From Nitrososphaeria archaeon (GTDB lineage: Archaea > Thermoproteota > Nitrososphaeria > JACIWG01), in the NCBI GenBank assembly GCA_050011875.1, contig JBEKIG010000006.1:1-64000 (forward strand): a stretch of 64,000 bases of DNA. The letters are read 5' to 3'. Shown in pieces: positions 7,439 to 18,523 of the stretch. The notes below the pieces were generated by a model, which was given only the letters and a program-made list of their open reading frames with translations, was not told the DNA's origin and did no database searches. A program made the position numbers and the translations under genes. Numbering within the stretch: position 1 is the first letter of the stretch; the number at the start of each line of letters is the position of its first letter.

Positions 7439-7928
7439 ATCAAATTTAATGTTTAATTGCCTGATCTATTAATATTTACTGGCGTCTTTAAGATGTCTTT
7501 GAGTGCTATATTTAAGGCCAAATAGACTTCCCATTGGACTTATTTTTTGCCTATAACTATCAATTAATTGTTTCATGGGGTGATGTCATACATAAAATCA
7601 CGTTTAATCGTCGATATATAACAATCTTCTGGTATAATGCATATTCTAGGTTATGCTTCTAACTGATTTCGGTTTGCCCAAATATTTACCCGACAAGTTG
7701 ATAGAACCGGATACCATTAAACTTAAAAGAAGGTATCTATCATTTCAAGTCATTAGTAGAAAAGAAGGAAGGTGTCGCAAGTCGATAAATATCAGACATG
7801 GACAGAGCAAAATGCTAACAGATTTTAAATGCCCCACCTTAGAAAATAATGGTCTTCTCCAATGGCCATTCCTTTCCCATGAGACAGGTACTAATTAACC
7901 ATATATACTAAATCAAAGAGTGAGATAG

Positions 7929-8805
7929 GATAGTGGCCAACTTATTCAGTTCTCCAGTGCCAAAGCAGATAAACGTATATACGTAAATCTATGTGGAGCG
8001 AGCCAGAGTTTCCTAGACAATTTTAAGCAATTTGAAGACAAAATCGAACTATGGGATGAGGACAGATTACTAAAGGAGTTCAAAGAAACTGACATGGCGT
8101 TCAAACTAATTCTAGATAATTCTCCTTTTATGATAGCCGAACGGTCGACTCTTAATTATATCCTTTCGATTATTGATAATAAAGGAATTAAGGAAGAGGC
8201 TGAAATTAAAAGCTGTCTGAAAACTCTATTGGATATGAAAGATCGTTCCGTCACAGTAAATAAATGTGCTAAATTGTTGTTCGATATGTTTGATGATAAT
8301 GAAAATCTCAAGAAGTTAAGCTATGATCAACTTCTTCCTATTGTTATGTCATCTATTCAATTCCTTTATATCTATGGTCTGAAACCAATAGAAAGAGCTT
8401 TTCGTAGAGCCAACCCAAGTCTAAAATCTTTGTTAAAGAGCGTATATCTTAAAACTGAAACTAGATCTAATTGGGGATACCTCTTCAATTTCTATCCTAA
8501 ATTGGTTCCAAATGAAATTATTAAGAATCTTTCAACATATAATAGCGAGAACTTTGGCAAAAAAATTAAAAGAACTTTTGAAGAAAAAAGGGTTAGCATA
8601 TGAACCCCAGAAAAAGTCTGAGGAAAATGTCAATCCGTATAATGAGGACGATGCACAATATGAGATCGAAAGATGTCATATCTTTGCAGTTACATTTAGC
8701 CAGATACAAGATTGGGCTGAGACACTTGAAGATACTATAGATGATATGTTTCTTTGGATAGTCTCAAAGGAAGAAATGATAGTCTCAAAGGAAGAAATAT
8801 CATAA
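7929..8805 (+). pseudogene. 5'-truncated, frameshifted Mrr-like restriction endonuclease remnant
   Basis: The frame of ORF 8094-8603 stays open upstream to 7929 without a start and reads ...KIELWDEDRLLKEF, like the end of an Mrr catalytic domain. It apparently continues in ORF 8512-8805, which ends in a 21-bp tandem duplication (8757-8798). Confidence 0.5.
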
Positions 8806-9298
8806 AATTCATTTGATTTAGAGCTACAAGAGGTTCAACAGGTTCAAACATAGTGATCAAAGAGGATGGCACAATAGTTCTTGAGCAAAGAGACAGTCAA
8901 TGATTAGCACCCTTAAAGTTAACAATGAAAGGATAAAAAAATTAATTTCTGAACAAGCCTTTGTTGACCTAAACAAAGGTATAGCAATAAAACTTGATGG
9001 ACTAAAATCCTAGCATTAAGGCCTAAAAGTCACAGCTTACTACACTCTTTTATCTTATCCATTTCAAGATAGAAATTGAAACAAATTTAATCGTTTTTGC
9101 ATTCTTCTTTTTAATAATCACAATAATTTTTTTAATTTAGTGATGACATTTAAATGTCAAGCAAAGTTAAAAAATTTATAATAAATTTCGCTATATCCTT
9201 ACTTTACAATAGTAATTAAATTCAAACTTTATATTTTACGATTTAGAAAAGAAATAAAGATAGAGGAAATGTATATGATTTCAACATCTCTTGGTAAA

Positions 9299-9327
9299 AT
9301 TACTAAGATTTACAAGATCTTAGTAAT
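9299..9327. promoter_or_regulatory. Perfect 11-7-11 inverted repeat (operator or recombinase core site)
   Basis: ATTACTAAGAT-ttacaag-ATCTTAGTAAT, flanked by direct ATCTCTTGGT (9286, 9326). Confidence 0.6.
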
Positions 9328-9344
9328 CTCTTGGTGGTTGATAT

Positions 9345-9449
9345 ATGGAATCACCAAATAATCGTTTTACACCATTAGTACCTCAAGGTAAGGTGGGAGA
9401 AAATACTTGGAACGCTAGACTTGCTCAAGCACTAAGGAAGAGAGGATAA
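9345..9449 (+). pseudogene. N-terminal stub of a truncated gene
   Basis: GGTGG RBS-like site, then MESPNNRFTPLVPQGKVGENTWNARLAQALRKRG*; KSADFELFF follows in a shifted frame and runs into the convergent HEPN gene. Confidence 0.35.
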
Positions 9450-9484
9450 GTCTGCAGATTTCGAGCTTTTCTTTAATCCTTCCA

Positions 9485-10759
9485 TTAATTTAGATCTATC
9501 AAATCAATGATTTTATCATGGTTAGAATATTCTTCATGATTTATAAACCATTTAATGGATTTTCTAAGAATTTCTTCTAAACTCCCAAGTTGTTCTTGAC
9601 TCAACTTAGTTTCTACTCCGTGCACGATTTTACTCCTAATAGCATACCATTCCTTTATTCTGTTTCTGAGTTCCTCCCTATCATTCAGAAGGTTACCTCC
9701 TAATACTCGAGAGATTCTGGTGGCTAACCTATGTGTTACTTCAGTTAGTTCAGAAGCTTTAGAGTATAGGGACTCTAATGATATGAAGTAATCTATCCAA
9801 CTATCTTCCAACCTTTCTCGTTCATAGGCAAAATTAAATCGACGTATTGATGCAGTCAAATATCCAATTTCCTTAATCCGATTTAGAAGAATCAAAAGGT
9901 TTTTTAGTTGCACTTCTTCGGAATCAGTAAGATTGAAAAAAGCTTCTACTTGTTTTTCTACAAACTTTACCCCCGCTGGAGGTTCAATAACCTTCCAAGG
10001 ACGACTTGGAAGCGCATACGCATAGTATATCCTCGAGAAGCCTATCTTCTCCTTCTTCAACAATCTTAACGATGTTATGACGCCTTCGATGTGTTCTCTC
10101 CAATCATTGCCGTCAACGGGCATATATAGAATGAACTCAGGATAGGATTCGAGTTCATAACCATGACTCTCTTCTGCTTCTACCAACCTATGAAACTCTT
10201 CTTGTGTGATCTTTTTTATCGCCAATCGATCTTCCAATTCAATGTTCCTTGAGCAAATAAAATTCTGAAGTGGGCAAATAAAAAAATTGGAAACCGAACC
10301 ATCGTAAAGGTACTTTTCGTATCTAAGGTATTCCATAAGGAAAACATCATCAAAGTGGCGAGCGAATGCTTCTGGATTTGCGAATAATGAACGTATACGA
10401 CTCCGTTCTCTCTCCTTAAACAACCTTTCTAAGAAGAATGCAAGCTCATCCTGATATTCTTCCACAGTTGAGGCATGAGGCGGATTCCTGCAAATATTTT
10501 CTTGGAGAAGAGTTTTCAAACATTTTTCTACAGAAACAAGACAGAGACTTAGATTCCTTTCTTCCAAGTCAGGTCTTAGTTCTAAAATGTTTGTAACAAG
10601 TTCAAGATCTCCTTTAATAAGGGTTTTGATGCGATCAAAGCGCGAACCGTACTCTGGAAAAAAGGATTTATCTAAAACACTGATAAATGCATTGTTAAGC
10701 TTTTTAAGATATTCAAATAATTTAGGATTTCTTATCTTTTGATTTTGACTATAAGTCAT
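9485..10759 (-). CDS. HEPN-domain protein (ApeA-like), putative RNase/defence effector
   Basis: SIRRFNFAYERERLEDSWIDYFISLESLY and WYAIRSKIVHG (Rx4H). Confidence 0.8.
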   Translation of the reverse strand: MTYSQNQKIRNPKLFEYLKKLNNAFISVLDKSFFPEYGSRFDRIKTLIKGDLELVTNILELRPDLEERNLSLCLVSVEKCLKTLLQENICRNPPHASTVEEYQDELAFFLERLFKERERSRIRSLFANPEAFARHFDDVFLMEYLRYEKYLYDGSVSNFFICPLQNFICSRNIELEDRLAIKKITQEEFHRLVEAEESHGYELESYPEFILYMPVDGNDWREHIEGVITSLRLLKKEKIGFSRIYYAYALPSRPWKVIEPPAGVKFVEKQVEAFFNLTDSEEVQLKNLLILLNRIKEIGYLTASIRRFNFAYERERLEDSWIDYFISLESLYSKASELTEVTHRLATRISRVLGGNLLNDREELRNRIKEWYAIRSKIVHGVETKLSQEQLGSLEEILRKSIKWFINHEEYSNHDKIIDLIDLN

Positions 10760-10765
10760 TTTTGA

Positions 10766-11107
10766 TTATTCACCCTCTTGTTTATATCTTATTATAGCTC
10801 TATCTGCAGATAAAAAGACCTCCGGCTTAACTATAAACTCGCTACTAAAATCGAAAACATCCGGACCCATTAGTTCGATTCTCTTTCCAACTGGTAATGC
10901 AAATATCTCCTCTTTTTTCATTGCTCTTTCAAATCCTTCATTAGTTTTTTCAAGATAATCGGAAGGAGGACATGTCACTATCCTCCGACATTTCCAACAA
11001 AGGTAAGAAAACTCTATCAGTTGTGTAACACTTTCTGCTTGAAATCCTGATTGGAATATAAGATTACAATGGGGACATTTAATGTAAAGTTTTTTCAGTT
11101 TCATCAT
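10766..11107 (-). CDS. Zinc-ribbon protein
   Basis: CPHC-x23-CWKC; 6 bp upstream of the HEPN gene. Confidence 0.65.
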   Translation of the reverse strand: MMKLKKLYIKCPHCNLIFQSGFQAESVTQLIEFSYLCWKCRRIVTCPPSDYLEKTNEGFERAMKKEEIFALPVGKRIELMGPDVFDFSSEFIVKPEVFLSADRAIIRYKQEGE

Positions 11108-11315
11108 TCTAAAATAACAATGTCAAGAAGAAAAAGCTTTCCCTACACTCACTCCCTTTTTATGACTATTGCTAAGATCTTGATAAGTTTACTTGACTGA
11201 CTTCTTGGAATACATCCATAAATGGACATATTTTGGTGTTTGAGCCCTAACTATTTGTGCTAATACCTGGCCTTCGGCACTATTTTTAGTTATTCAAGTA
11301 TGTTGCATACCCGTT

Positions 11316-11339
11316 CGGGTATAAATCCCGGACGCCGCA
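11316..11339 (+). other. 3' tRNA fragment (tRNA-Gly-like), candidate att site
   Basis: CGGGTATAAAT-CCCGG-ACGCCGC-A matches degenerate T-loop, 5-bp T-stem 3' strand, 7-nt acceptor strand and discriminator A; no 5' half is present. Confidence 0.55.
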
Positions 11340-11592
11340 TTTTCCTTTAAATTTAGAGAAGATAATGATTTGTTAACTTTCATTAGGTACCTCACTCATG
11401 TATCTACTATCTCCAAATATTATCTTATGAATCGTCTTAGGCATAGTCAGCTTATTATTTCCCAATATTTTTACCAGTACTCTCTCGGTATAAAGATCTA
11501 CGCTCTAAACATGGTAATTTCAAACCTAAATTATGGTAACTGCAGAAGAAATCATATAAAGTTTTTATTTGTACGTTAAGTAAATTTATTGA

Positions 11593-12513
11593 TTGTCCAA
11601 TAGAATCAATATAAGATCATTGATGGTTGTTTCAAGCATACTGATCATTATTGCGGGAGTAGTTCTCTTTCTGAAAGTTCCCACTCTGCAATTTATGGTT
11701 TATTTTTTTGAACAGGGGGGTGTAGGTCAAGGCTTAAGTCCATTAACGAATATCCCTATTTTTCCTGCCTTTTTGATTCTTTTTGGAATGGTCTCGATCT
11801 TTTTGGCATATAGGATGGAAGGCCATTTGAGCCTTTTAGCTTATGTGAACTTGGGGGTGATGGTCACTCTCATTTTATTTTGGCTTCAAAATGACACCGA
11901 ATTTTTCCTGTATATCCAAGACTACGGTGCACCTGTAGGATGGCTGACGCAATGGACCCACCCTTTGCAAAATGGAATTGAAGAGGGGTGGGGCGTAGAT
12001 GTGGTGGAATTCTTGATCAGTGCAGGTTTTTGGTCGGTAATCGTTGGAACCCCCTTTGTAGCAAAGAGAGGCAAGAGCCTGTTATCCGTTGGTTTCATCT
12101 TGGGTGCAATTGGCTACTTTTTGTCGATTGTATTCTATTTCGTCCAGATAGTTGGTTCGATGTTTTGGACGATTCAGGGGTTCTCCTTTTTGGGAAGTTT
12201 CCTCGATTACATTAACTCCATCACTTCTTCCGCATTGCTTTACAAATACGTTTTGTTCGCTAATGAAACAACTTCTCCTCTGGCGGTTGGGATAATGGCT
12301 TTCTTTTATTTCACTGGTTTCATAGGTGTTGTCTTAACCTACTTGGCTTTGCATCTGACAAAGGATGGCACAAGCTCTTACAGGGCAGGCATGATAGGTG
12401 GTGCGTTGATGATTATCGGTTCGACTTTGCTCTTTGGGTTTATCGGAGGCATCTTTGCAATAATGGGTGCGGTAGAATCTAAACAGGAGCCTAACATTAA
12501 AGAAGGTCAATAA
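11593..12513 (+). CDS. Multi-pass membrane protein, unknown function
   Basis: 306 aa with many hydrophobic segments and Gly-rich C-terminal helices. Confidence 0.7.
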   Translation: MSNRINIRSLMVVSSILIIIAGVVLFLKVPTLQFMVYFFEQGGVGQGLSPLTNIPIFPAFLILFGMVSIFLAYRMEGHLSLLAYVNLGVMVTLILFWLQNDTEFFLYIQDYGAPVGWLTQWTHPLQNGIEEGWGVDVVEFLISAGFWSVIVGTPFVAKRGKSLLSVGFILGAIGYFLSIVFYFVQIVGSMFWTIQGFSFLGSFLDYINSITSSALLYKYVLFANETTSPLAVGIMAFFYFTGFIGVVLTYLALHLTKDGTSSYRAGMIGGALMIIGSTLLFGFIGGIFAIMGAVESKQEPNIKEGQ

Positions 12514-12778
12514 CTTTTTTAATTATAAATCTATTCAATCAATAAGATGCTATTAAAATTTAATGCAGATTCGTATTTATACACTCTGTTTCAATTGGTT
12601 CTAAGGAATCTTACAACTTGTTGTATATATCCAAGGGAAAGATCGAGGACAGACTTGGTTTGAAAGCGACTTTGATCAGACTTTTTGGATATATTTCTTG
12701 ACAAAGCACAGTTAAAGTTTATCCCCAAACACAAAAACCTTTTAACTATCTTATGACTAATAAAACACAGTGGAAATT

Positions 12779-13090
12779 ATGGACAAGTTGGCTAAGTATT
12801 TGTATGTAGTTAATATGGATGTAGATACAGAGAAGGAAAAACAGTTTAATGAATGGTATAACAAAGAGCACATTCCAGCTTTATTAAAAGTGCCAGGAGT
12901 TATAAGTGCCTATCGCTACACCTCTTTGGAGGGTACACCTAAATATACGGCCATTTATGAATTGGATAAATCCAATGTTCTGACTAGTGAAGCGTGGAAG
13001 AAAGCTGTCGAAATGACTCCCAGACCAAAAGACATAACTCCGAAAAACCTGAAACGTACTCTTTATGAACGCATTTATCCCCAAAAATAG
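12779..13090 (+). CDS. DUF4286/EthD-like dimeric alpha-beta barrel protein
   Basis: FNEWYNKEHIPALLKVPGVISAYRY...KYTAIYEL. Confidence 0.75.
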   Translation: MDKLAKYLYVVNMDVDTEKEKQFNEWYNKEHIPALLKVPGVISAYRYTSLEGTPKYTAIYELDKSNVLTSEAWKKAVEMTPRPKDITPKNLKRTLYERIYPQK

Positions 13091-13130
13091 AGCCAATTTA
13101 TGATATAAATTTAAACTTATTTAAAGAACG

Positions 13131-13487
13131 TACTTTGTTCTACTCACTCTCGGCGAAGCCAAGGTTGGAGCTTTGGCAAAAAAATCCTACGTCCCGCAGA
13201 GTAAGGCGTACGAAGTCTTGGACAGACTGACCGAAAAGGGTTTCGTTGAGCAAGTCATCACTGAAAGGCCGAAGAAATACAAAGCGATAGCGCTTGACAA
13301 AGTCATGTCAAGAGTAATCTTAAGAGAAGAGAAATTCTTGAGGAGGTTAAACAACAACTTTGAATCTCTTCAAAAAGTAGTGGAAGTAATCAGCTCCTTG
13401 TATGAAAAGTTCGGAGCGTTCAGGCTTTTTCACCAATTATTCAGCGAAGGGAAGAAGCATGGATTCGAGTTAGGGAATAGAGAATGA
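13131..13487 (+). pseudogene. Truncated TrmB-family regulator
   Basis: In-frame YFVLLTLGEAKVGALAKKSYVPQSKAYEVLDRLTEKGFVE...RPKKYKA, preceded by TAA at 13122 so the first helix and start are missing; no effector domain. Confidence 0.65.
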
Positions 13488-13724
13488 CACAAAAGAATGA
13501 TGTGGGGGTTATACATCCCCCTTTTCCTTTTAATCCGATCTAGCAATTGTAATTTGTTCAAAGCATAAATATGTAAATGCAATAATGTCTTTCTTAATTG
13601 GTACAACAAGAAATCGCTTGGTCAGGGATCGTTGCTGGCACGTGGCTTCCATTAGTGGAATAGGCCTTGTAGTATTTTTAGTGTTATAAACCCCTTTTTC
13701 TAAACGGCTTGTTTTTACCCAATT

Positions 13725-14477
13725 TCAAAGATGTTTCCCAAGCCATTCAATTGTGTAATCGATGACAAGATATCTGTGTCTCGAAAAATAATGATCAGCC
13801 CCTTCTATTACTTTGAATTCTTTCGGTTCATTTGCCGCATTGTATAGACGTCTACAGCTGCTGGGAGGCGTGAGGGTGTCTTTTGATCCAACTATTACAA
13901 GAACCGGGACAGATGACTTCTTTATAGAATCTAGGGGGTTACTATTTTTGTAGACCCAGTTTAAGTCCAACTGTAGATCTTTAATATTAAGCCCAGACAG
14001 AAGTCCCTTCCCCATTAGAAAGAGATGGTTAACATTCTTTATCCTACTACTAGATGAAGTAAACTTCCTAAAGTTGGCTCCTGGGCTAAGAAGGACAACG
14101 GTCTTTATTCTTTTATCTAAGCTTATGGTCTTAGATACGGGGACAGCTCCCATGGAATGGCCTATCATAGCTAGTCTATCTGGGTCAACGGAGGGTGTTG
14201 ATAGCAAATATTCTATCGCATCATGGGTATTTACCTCCAACTTGGTTAGACTATATTTACCACCGCTCCCCCATGCACCTTGATAAAAAAATATGAAGGC
14301 TATGTAACCGTTTAATGCCAATTCTTCGGCAAGATCTGTGCTTTTAGTATGCCCCGGGAAGCCGTGGCACATTATGACACCGGGAGCTTTCTTATCAAGC
14401 TTTTCAGGTCTATAAATTCGACCCTGTATCACGTTCCCGTTGCTTTGGAATGTGACATTTTCTACTGAAATCTTCAA
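13725..14477 (-). CDS. Alpha/beta hydrolase
   Basis: CHGFPG, GHSMG nucleophile elbow, GSKD, GADH. Confidence 0.9.
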   Translation of the reverse strand: MKISVENVTFQSNGNVIQGRIYRPEKLDKKAPGVIMCHGFPGHTKSTDLAEELALNGYIAFIFFYQGAWGSGGKYSLTKLEVNTHDAIEYLLSTPSVDPDRLAMIGHSMGAVPVSKTISLDKRIKTVVLLSPGANFRKFTSSSSRIKNVNHLFLMGKGLLSGLNIKDLQLDLNWVYKNSNPLDSIKKSSVPVLVIVGSKDTLTPPSSCRRLYNAANEPKEFKVIEGADHYFSRHRYLVIDYTIEWLGKHL

Positions 14478-14683
14478 TTCAGACCATCACAAAACCTATA
14501 AGAATTGTTCATATATCAATGTTAACTTGATCTTGCGAGCCTTTCTCTAAAAAGACTTAAGTTTCTTCGCTGATTTTTTCGAATAGACTTCAATAGTTAC
14601 TTTAACTCCTCAATGCTAAATTCTCATCTGCCTGCTATATTCGGCACTTCGAGTCATTCTTGCTTTTAAGTCCTCTGATATGT

Positions 14684-15865
14684 CTATTTTGCTTTGGCAA
14701 CTCTCTTCTCCAGATCAGGTCCTTCCAGTTCTTCTACAACAGATTCGAGAATTGTTGGTACATCAATGTGCTGGGGACATTTTTCAAGGCACTTTCCACA
14801 TTTTAAGCACCGAGATGCGAATTCGGGCTCTCCAACGGATAGGACACCACCCAATCTTGCAGCATAGTGGAACTTTACTTCGTCTGCATTGTTCGACATA
14901 TGCAGGTTGTTGTATTCTTCGAAACAGAATGGAATATTCACGCCTCCTGGACAGGGCATACAGTATCTGCAGCCCGTACAGCCTACTTTCATCAGTTCAC
15001 GGTACTTCCGCTCTACTTTTTTTGCCAGCTGCAGTTCAGCTTCAGTCAGAGAATTTGGGTATGCTTTGTCGGCCACTGTAAGATTTTCTTTAATATGTTT
15101 TTCATTATTCATCCCGGAGAGGACAACTATGACCTCTGGATGGTTCCATACCCAGCGAAGAGCCCATTCTGCAGGGGTCCTTTTCGTCGGAGCCTCATCC
15201 CAGATCTCTTCCACAGCAGGTGGCACGGGGCTTGCGAGTTTCCCTCCACGAAGGGGCTCCATAATGATTACACCAAGGCCTTTTGAAGCTGCATATTTCA
15301 AACCCTCGGTGCCTGCCTGGTTCTTTTCGTCTAGGAAGTTGTATTGGATCTGACAAAAGTCCCAGTCGTAGGCGTCCACTATTCGTTTGAACTCCTTTCC
15401 CGAGCCGTGGAAGGAAAAACCTGCGTTAATTATGCGGCCGTCAGCTTTGGCTTTGTCAAGGAAATCAGCTACACCAAGCTTTTCAACATTGTCCCACAGT
15501 TCACCGACGAGAGCGTGGAGGAGGTAATAGTCGATATGATCGGTGTTGAGCTTTTCCAGCTGAAAATTCAAGAAACGGTCCATATCCTCTCGGCTTTTCA
15601 CCGTCCAACTGGGAAGTTTTGTTGCGAGTTTAACTTTCTCGCGGTATCCGTCAGCAAGAGCACGACCTAAAAAAAGCTCGCTCTGTTCCTTATGATAGGG
15701 CCAGGCCGTATCAACATAGTTTAATCCTTTGTCGATTGCATAGCGTACCTGCTTAGTGGCTCTTTCTTCGTCTATAGAACCATCATTTTTCACGGGGAGG
15801 CGCATACATCCGAATCCAAGTATAGAAAGTTCGTCTCCATTCTTAGGGATTTTTCTGTACAACAT
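14684..15865 (-). CDS. Aldo/keto reductase with C-terminal 4Fe-4S domain
   Basis: LGFGCMRLP, DTAWPYH, LATKLP; CTGCRYCMPCP and CLKCGKCLEKCPQ. Confidence 0.9.
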   Translation of the reverse strand: MLYRKIPKNGDELSILGFGCMRLPVKNDGSIDEERATKQVRYAIDKGLNYVDTAWPYHKEQSELFLGRALADGYREKVKLATKLPSWTVKSREDMDRFLNFQLEKLNTDHIDYYLLHALVGELWDNVEKLGVADFLDKAKADGRIINAGFSFHGSGKEFKRIVDAYDWDFCQIQYNFLDEKNQAGTEGLKYAASKGLGVIIMEPLRGGKLASPVPPAVEEIWDEAPTKRTPAEWALRWVWNHPEVIVVLSGMNNEKHIKENLTVADKAYPNSLTEAELQLAKKVERKYRELMKVGCTGCRYCMPCPGGVNIPFCFEEYNNLHMSNNADEVKFHYAARLGGVLSVGEPEFASRCLKCGKCLEKCPQHIDVPTILESVVEELEGPDLEKRVAKAK

Positions 15866-15872
15866 TTTCCAT

Positions 15873-16397
15873 TCACCTGTTTTGCTTTATTATACCAAGT
15901 TCATGCAGCCACTTGGATATCTCATTCTGCGCTTTTCTGACGGCGCTGCCCCATACTGCAAGACCGTCGAGAATAGTTGACTGCGGGCAAAGTTCTTTGA
16001 TATTCTTAACACTTCGCCCCAGACCGCTTCCCTCGTTGGTGCAAAACGGTGCAATGGTTTTTCCGGAGAAATCGTACCCTGATAAAAATGCTGCAACCGG
16101 CATGGGTATCGTACCCCACCAGTTAGGATAGCCAACGAAAACCACATTGTACGCTTCCATGTTCTCAACTTTTGTTTTAAGTTTAGGTCTGTACTGCTCT
16201 CTAAGTTCCTTCCCTGCCTGCTCCACAACCTCATCGTAGTCGCAGGGATAGGGATCTACGGCTACAATTTCAAAGATATCGCCGCCGACGTTATCATGTA
16301 TTTGTTTGGCAATGACTCCCGTGTTGCCAGAATGGGAAAAATAAGCCACAAGGATATTGTTTTCTTTTGTGCCTGAGGTATTATCACTTTTCTTCAT
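15873..16397 (-). CDS. Flavodoxin
   Basis: YFSHSGNT, GYPNWWGTIP, PFCTNEGSGLG. Confidence 0.9.
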   Translation of the reverse strand: MKKSDNTSGTKENNILVAYFSHSGNTGVIAKQIHDNVGGDIFEIVAVDPYPCDYDEVVEQAGKELREQYRPKLKTKVENMEAYNVVFVGYPNWWGTIPMPVAAFLSGYDFSGKTIAPFCTNEGSGLGRSVKNIKELCPQSTILDGLAVWGSAVRKAQNEISKWLHELGIIKQNR

Positions 16398-16446
16398 CGT
16401 GTGTACCTTCTCTTTTATTTTTTATTTATTTAGGTAATAGTTGCTG

Positions 16447-17869
<1,423 letters not shown>

Positions 17870-17938
17870 GAATGTCACGAAAATGGAAAAGTCAGCTGAT
17901 ATATAGCAATGGAAAACTAGTTTAACAAAATGACGTGA

Positions 17939-18331
17939 CTATTTTTCTAATATCTTCTCTTCATGTGGCTGGCCGAGTATTGATAGGTGGGCAAAGGGTG
18001 AATCTTTGGTGGCTCCATGCCAGTGCTCCTCACCCGGAGGAATATAGATGACCATGCCGGGTGTAACTATATGCTCTTGGTCTTTGGTGGCTACAATTCC
18101 TTTGCCTTCGGTGACGATTAGGATTTGGTCAGTCGTGTGGGTGTGAAGTTTATTGCGGGCACCAGCTGCAAACTTAACCATGGAGACTTGGATTTTCTTG
18201 GCTTTGAGCTCTTCTTCGAGAACAAATTGGGTGTGTACCTTTCCCCCCAAGAATAATGGGTTCTTCTGTACTTCCTTGGCCTCTACATCTTTAACATTTA
18301 TTATTTTCATTGCTGACCTCCTTCTACTCAC
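17939..18331 (-). CDS. Cupin-domain protein
   Basis: HTHTTDQILIVTEG and IPPGEEHWHGA. Confidence 0.88.
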   Translation of the reverse strand: MSRRRSAMKIINVKDVEAKEVQKNPLFLGGKVHTQFVLEEELKAKKIQVSMVKFAAGARNKLHTHTTDQILIVTEGKGIVATKDQEHIVTPGMVIYIPPGEEHWHGATKDSPFAHLSILGQPHEEKILEK

Positions 18332-18523
18332 GTCGACGTCTTACCTTTAAGCTTTTAGATAGTTAGATTCTCGGGCGTCGTGAACCAAAAATTTTGGAAC
18401 CAAATCCAGCACCGTTAATGCATTGGACCCCACCCGATTCACTTGCTTGCCTGAACTTGTATCTACTTAATATTGGTAAGCATATATGAATTTTCTTTGC
18501 CAACAACATGTTTTCCATTTATC

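Larger units (their letters stand above)
432..11340. mobile_element. Integrated or decaying plasmid-like or cryptic element with replication module, repeat region and defence cargo
   Basis: Visibly AT-richer than the flanks; RHH + Rep-like operon, orphan ORFs, nuclease/HEPN genes, pseudogenes, and a tRNA 3' fragment at the right edge. Left boundary approximate; no integrase inside. Confidence 0.7.

Noticed and set aside
13141-13156. CACTCTCGGCG as a tRNA-Ser 3' end
   Set aside because: Better explained as coding sequence (LTLGE) of the truncated TrmB.
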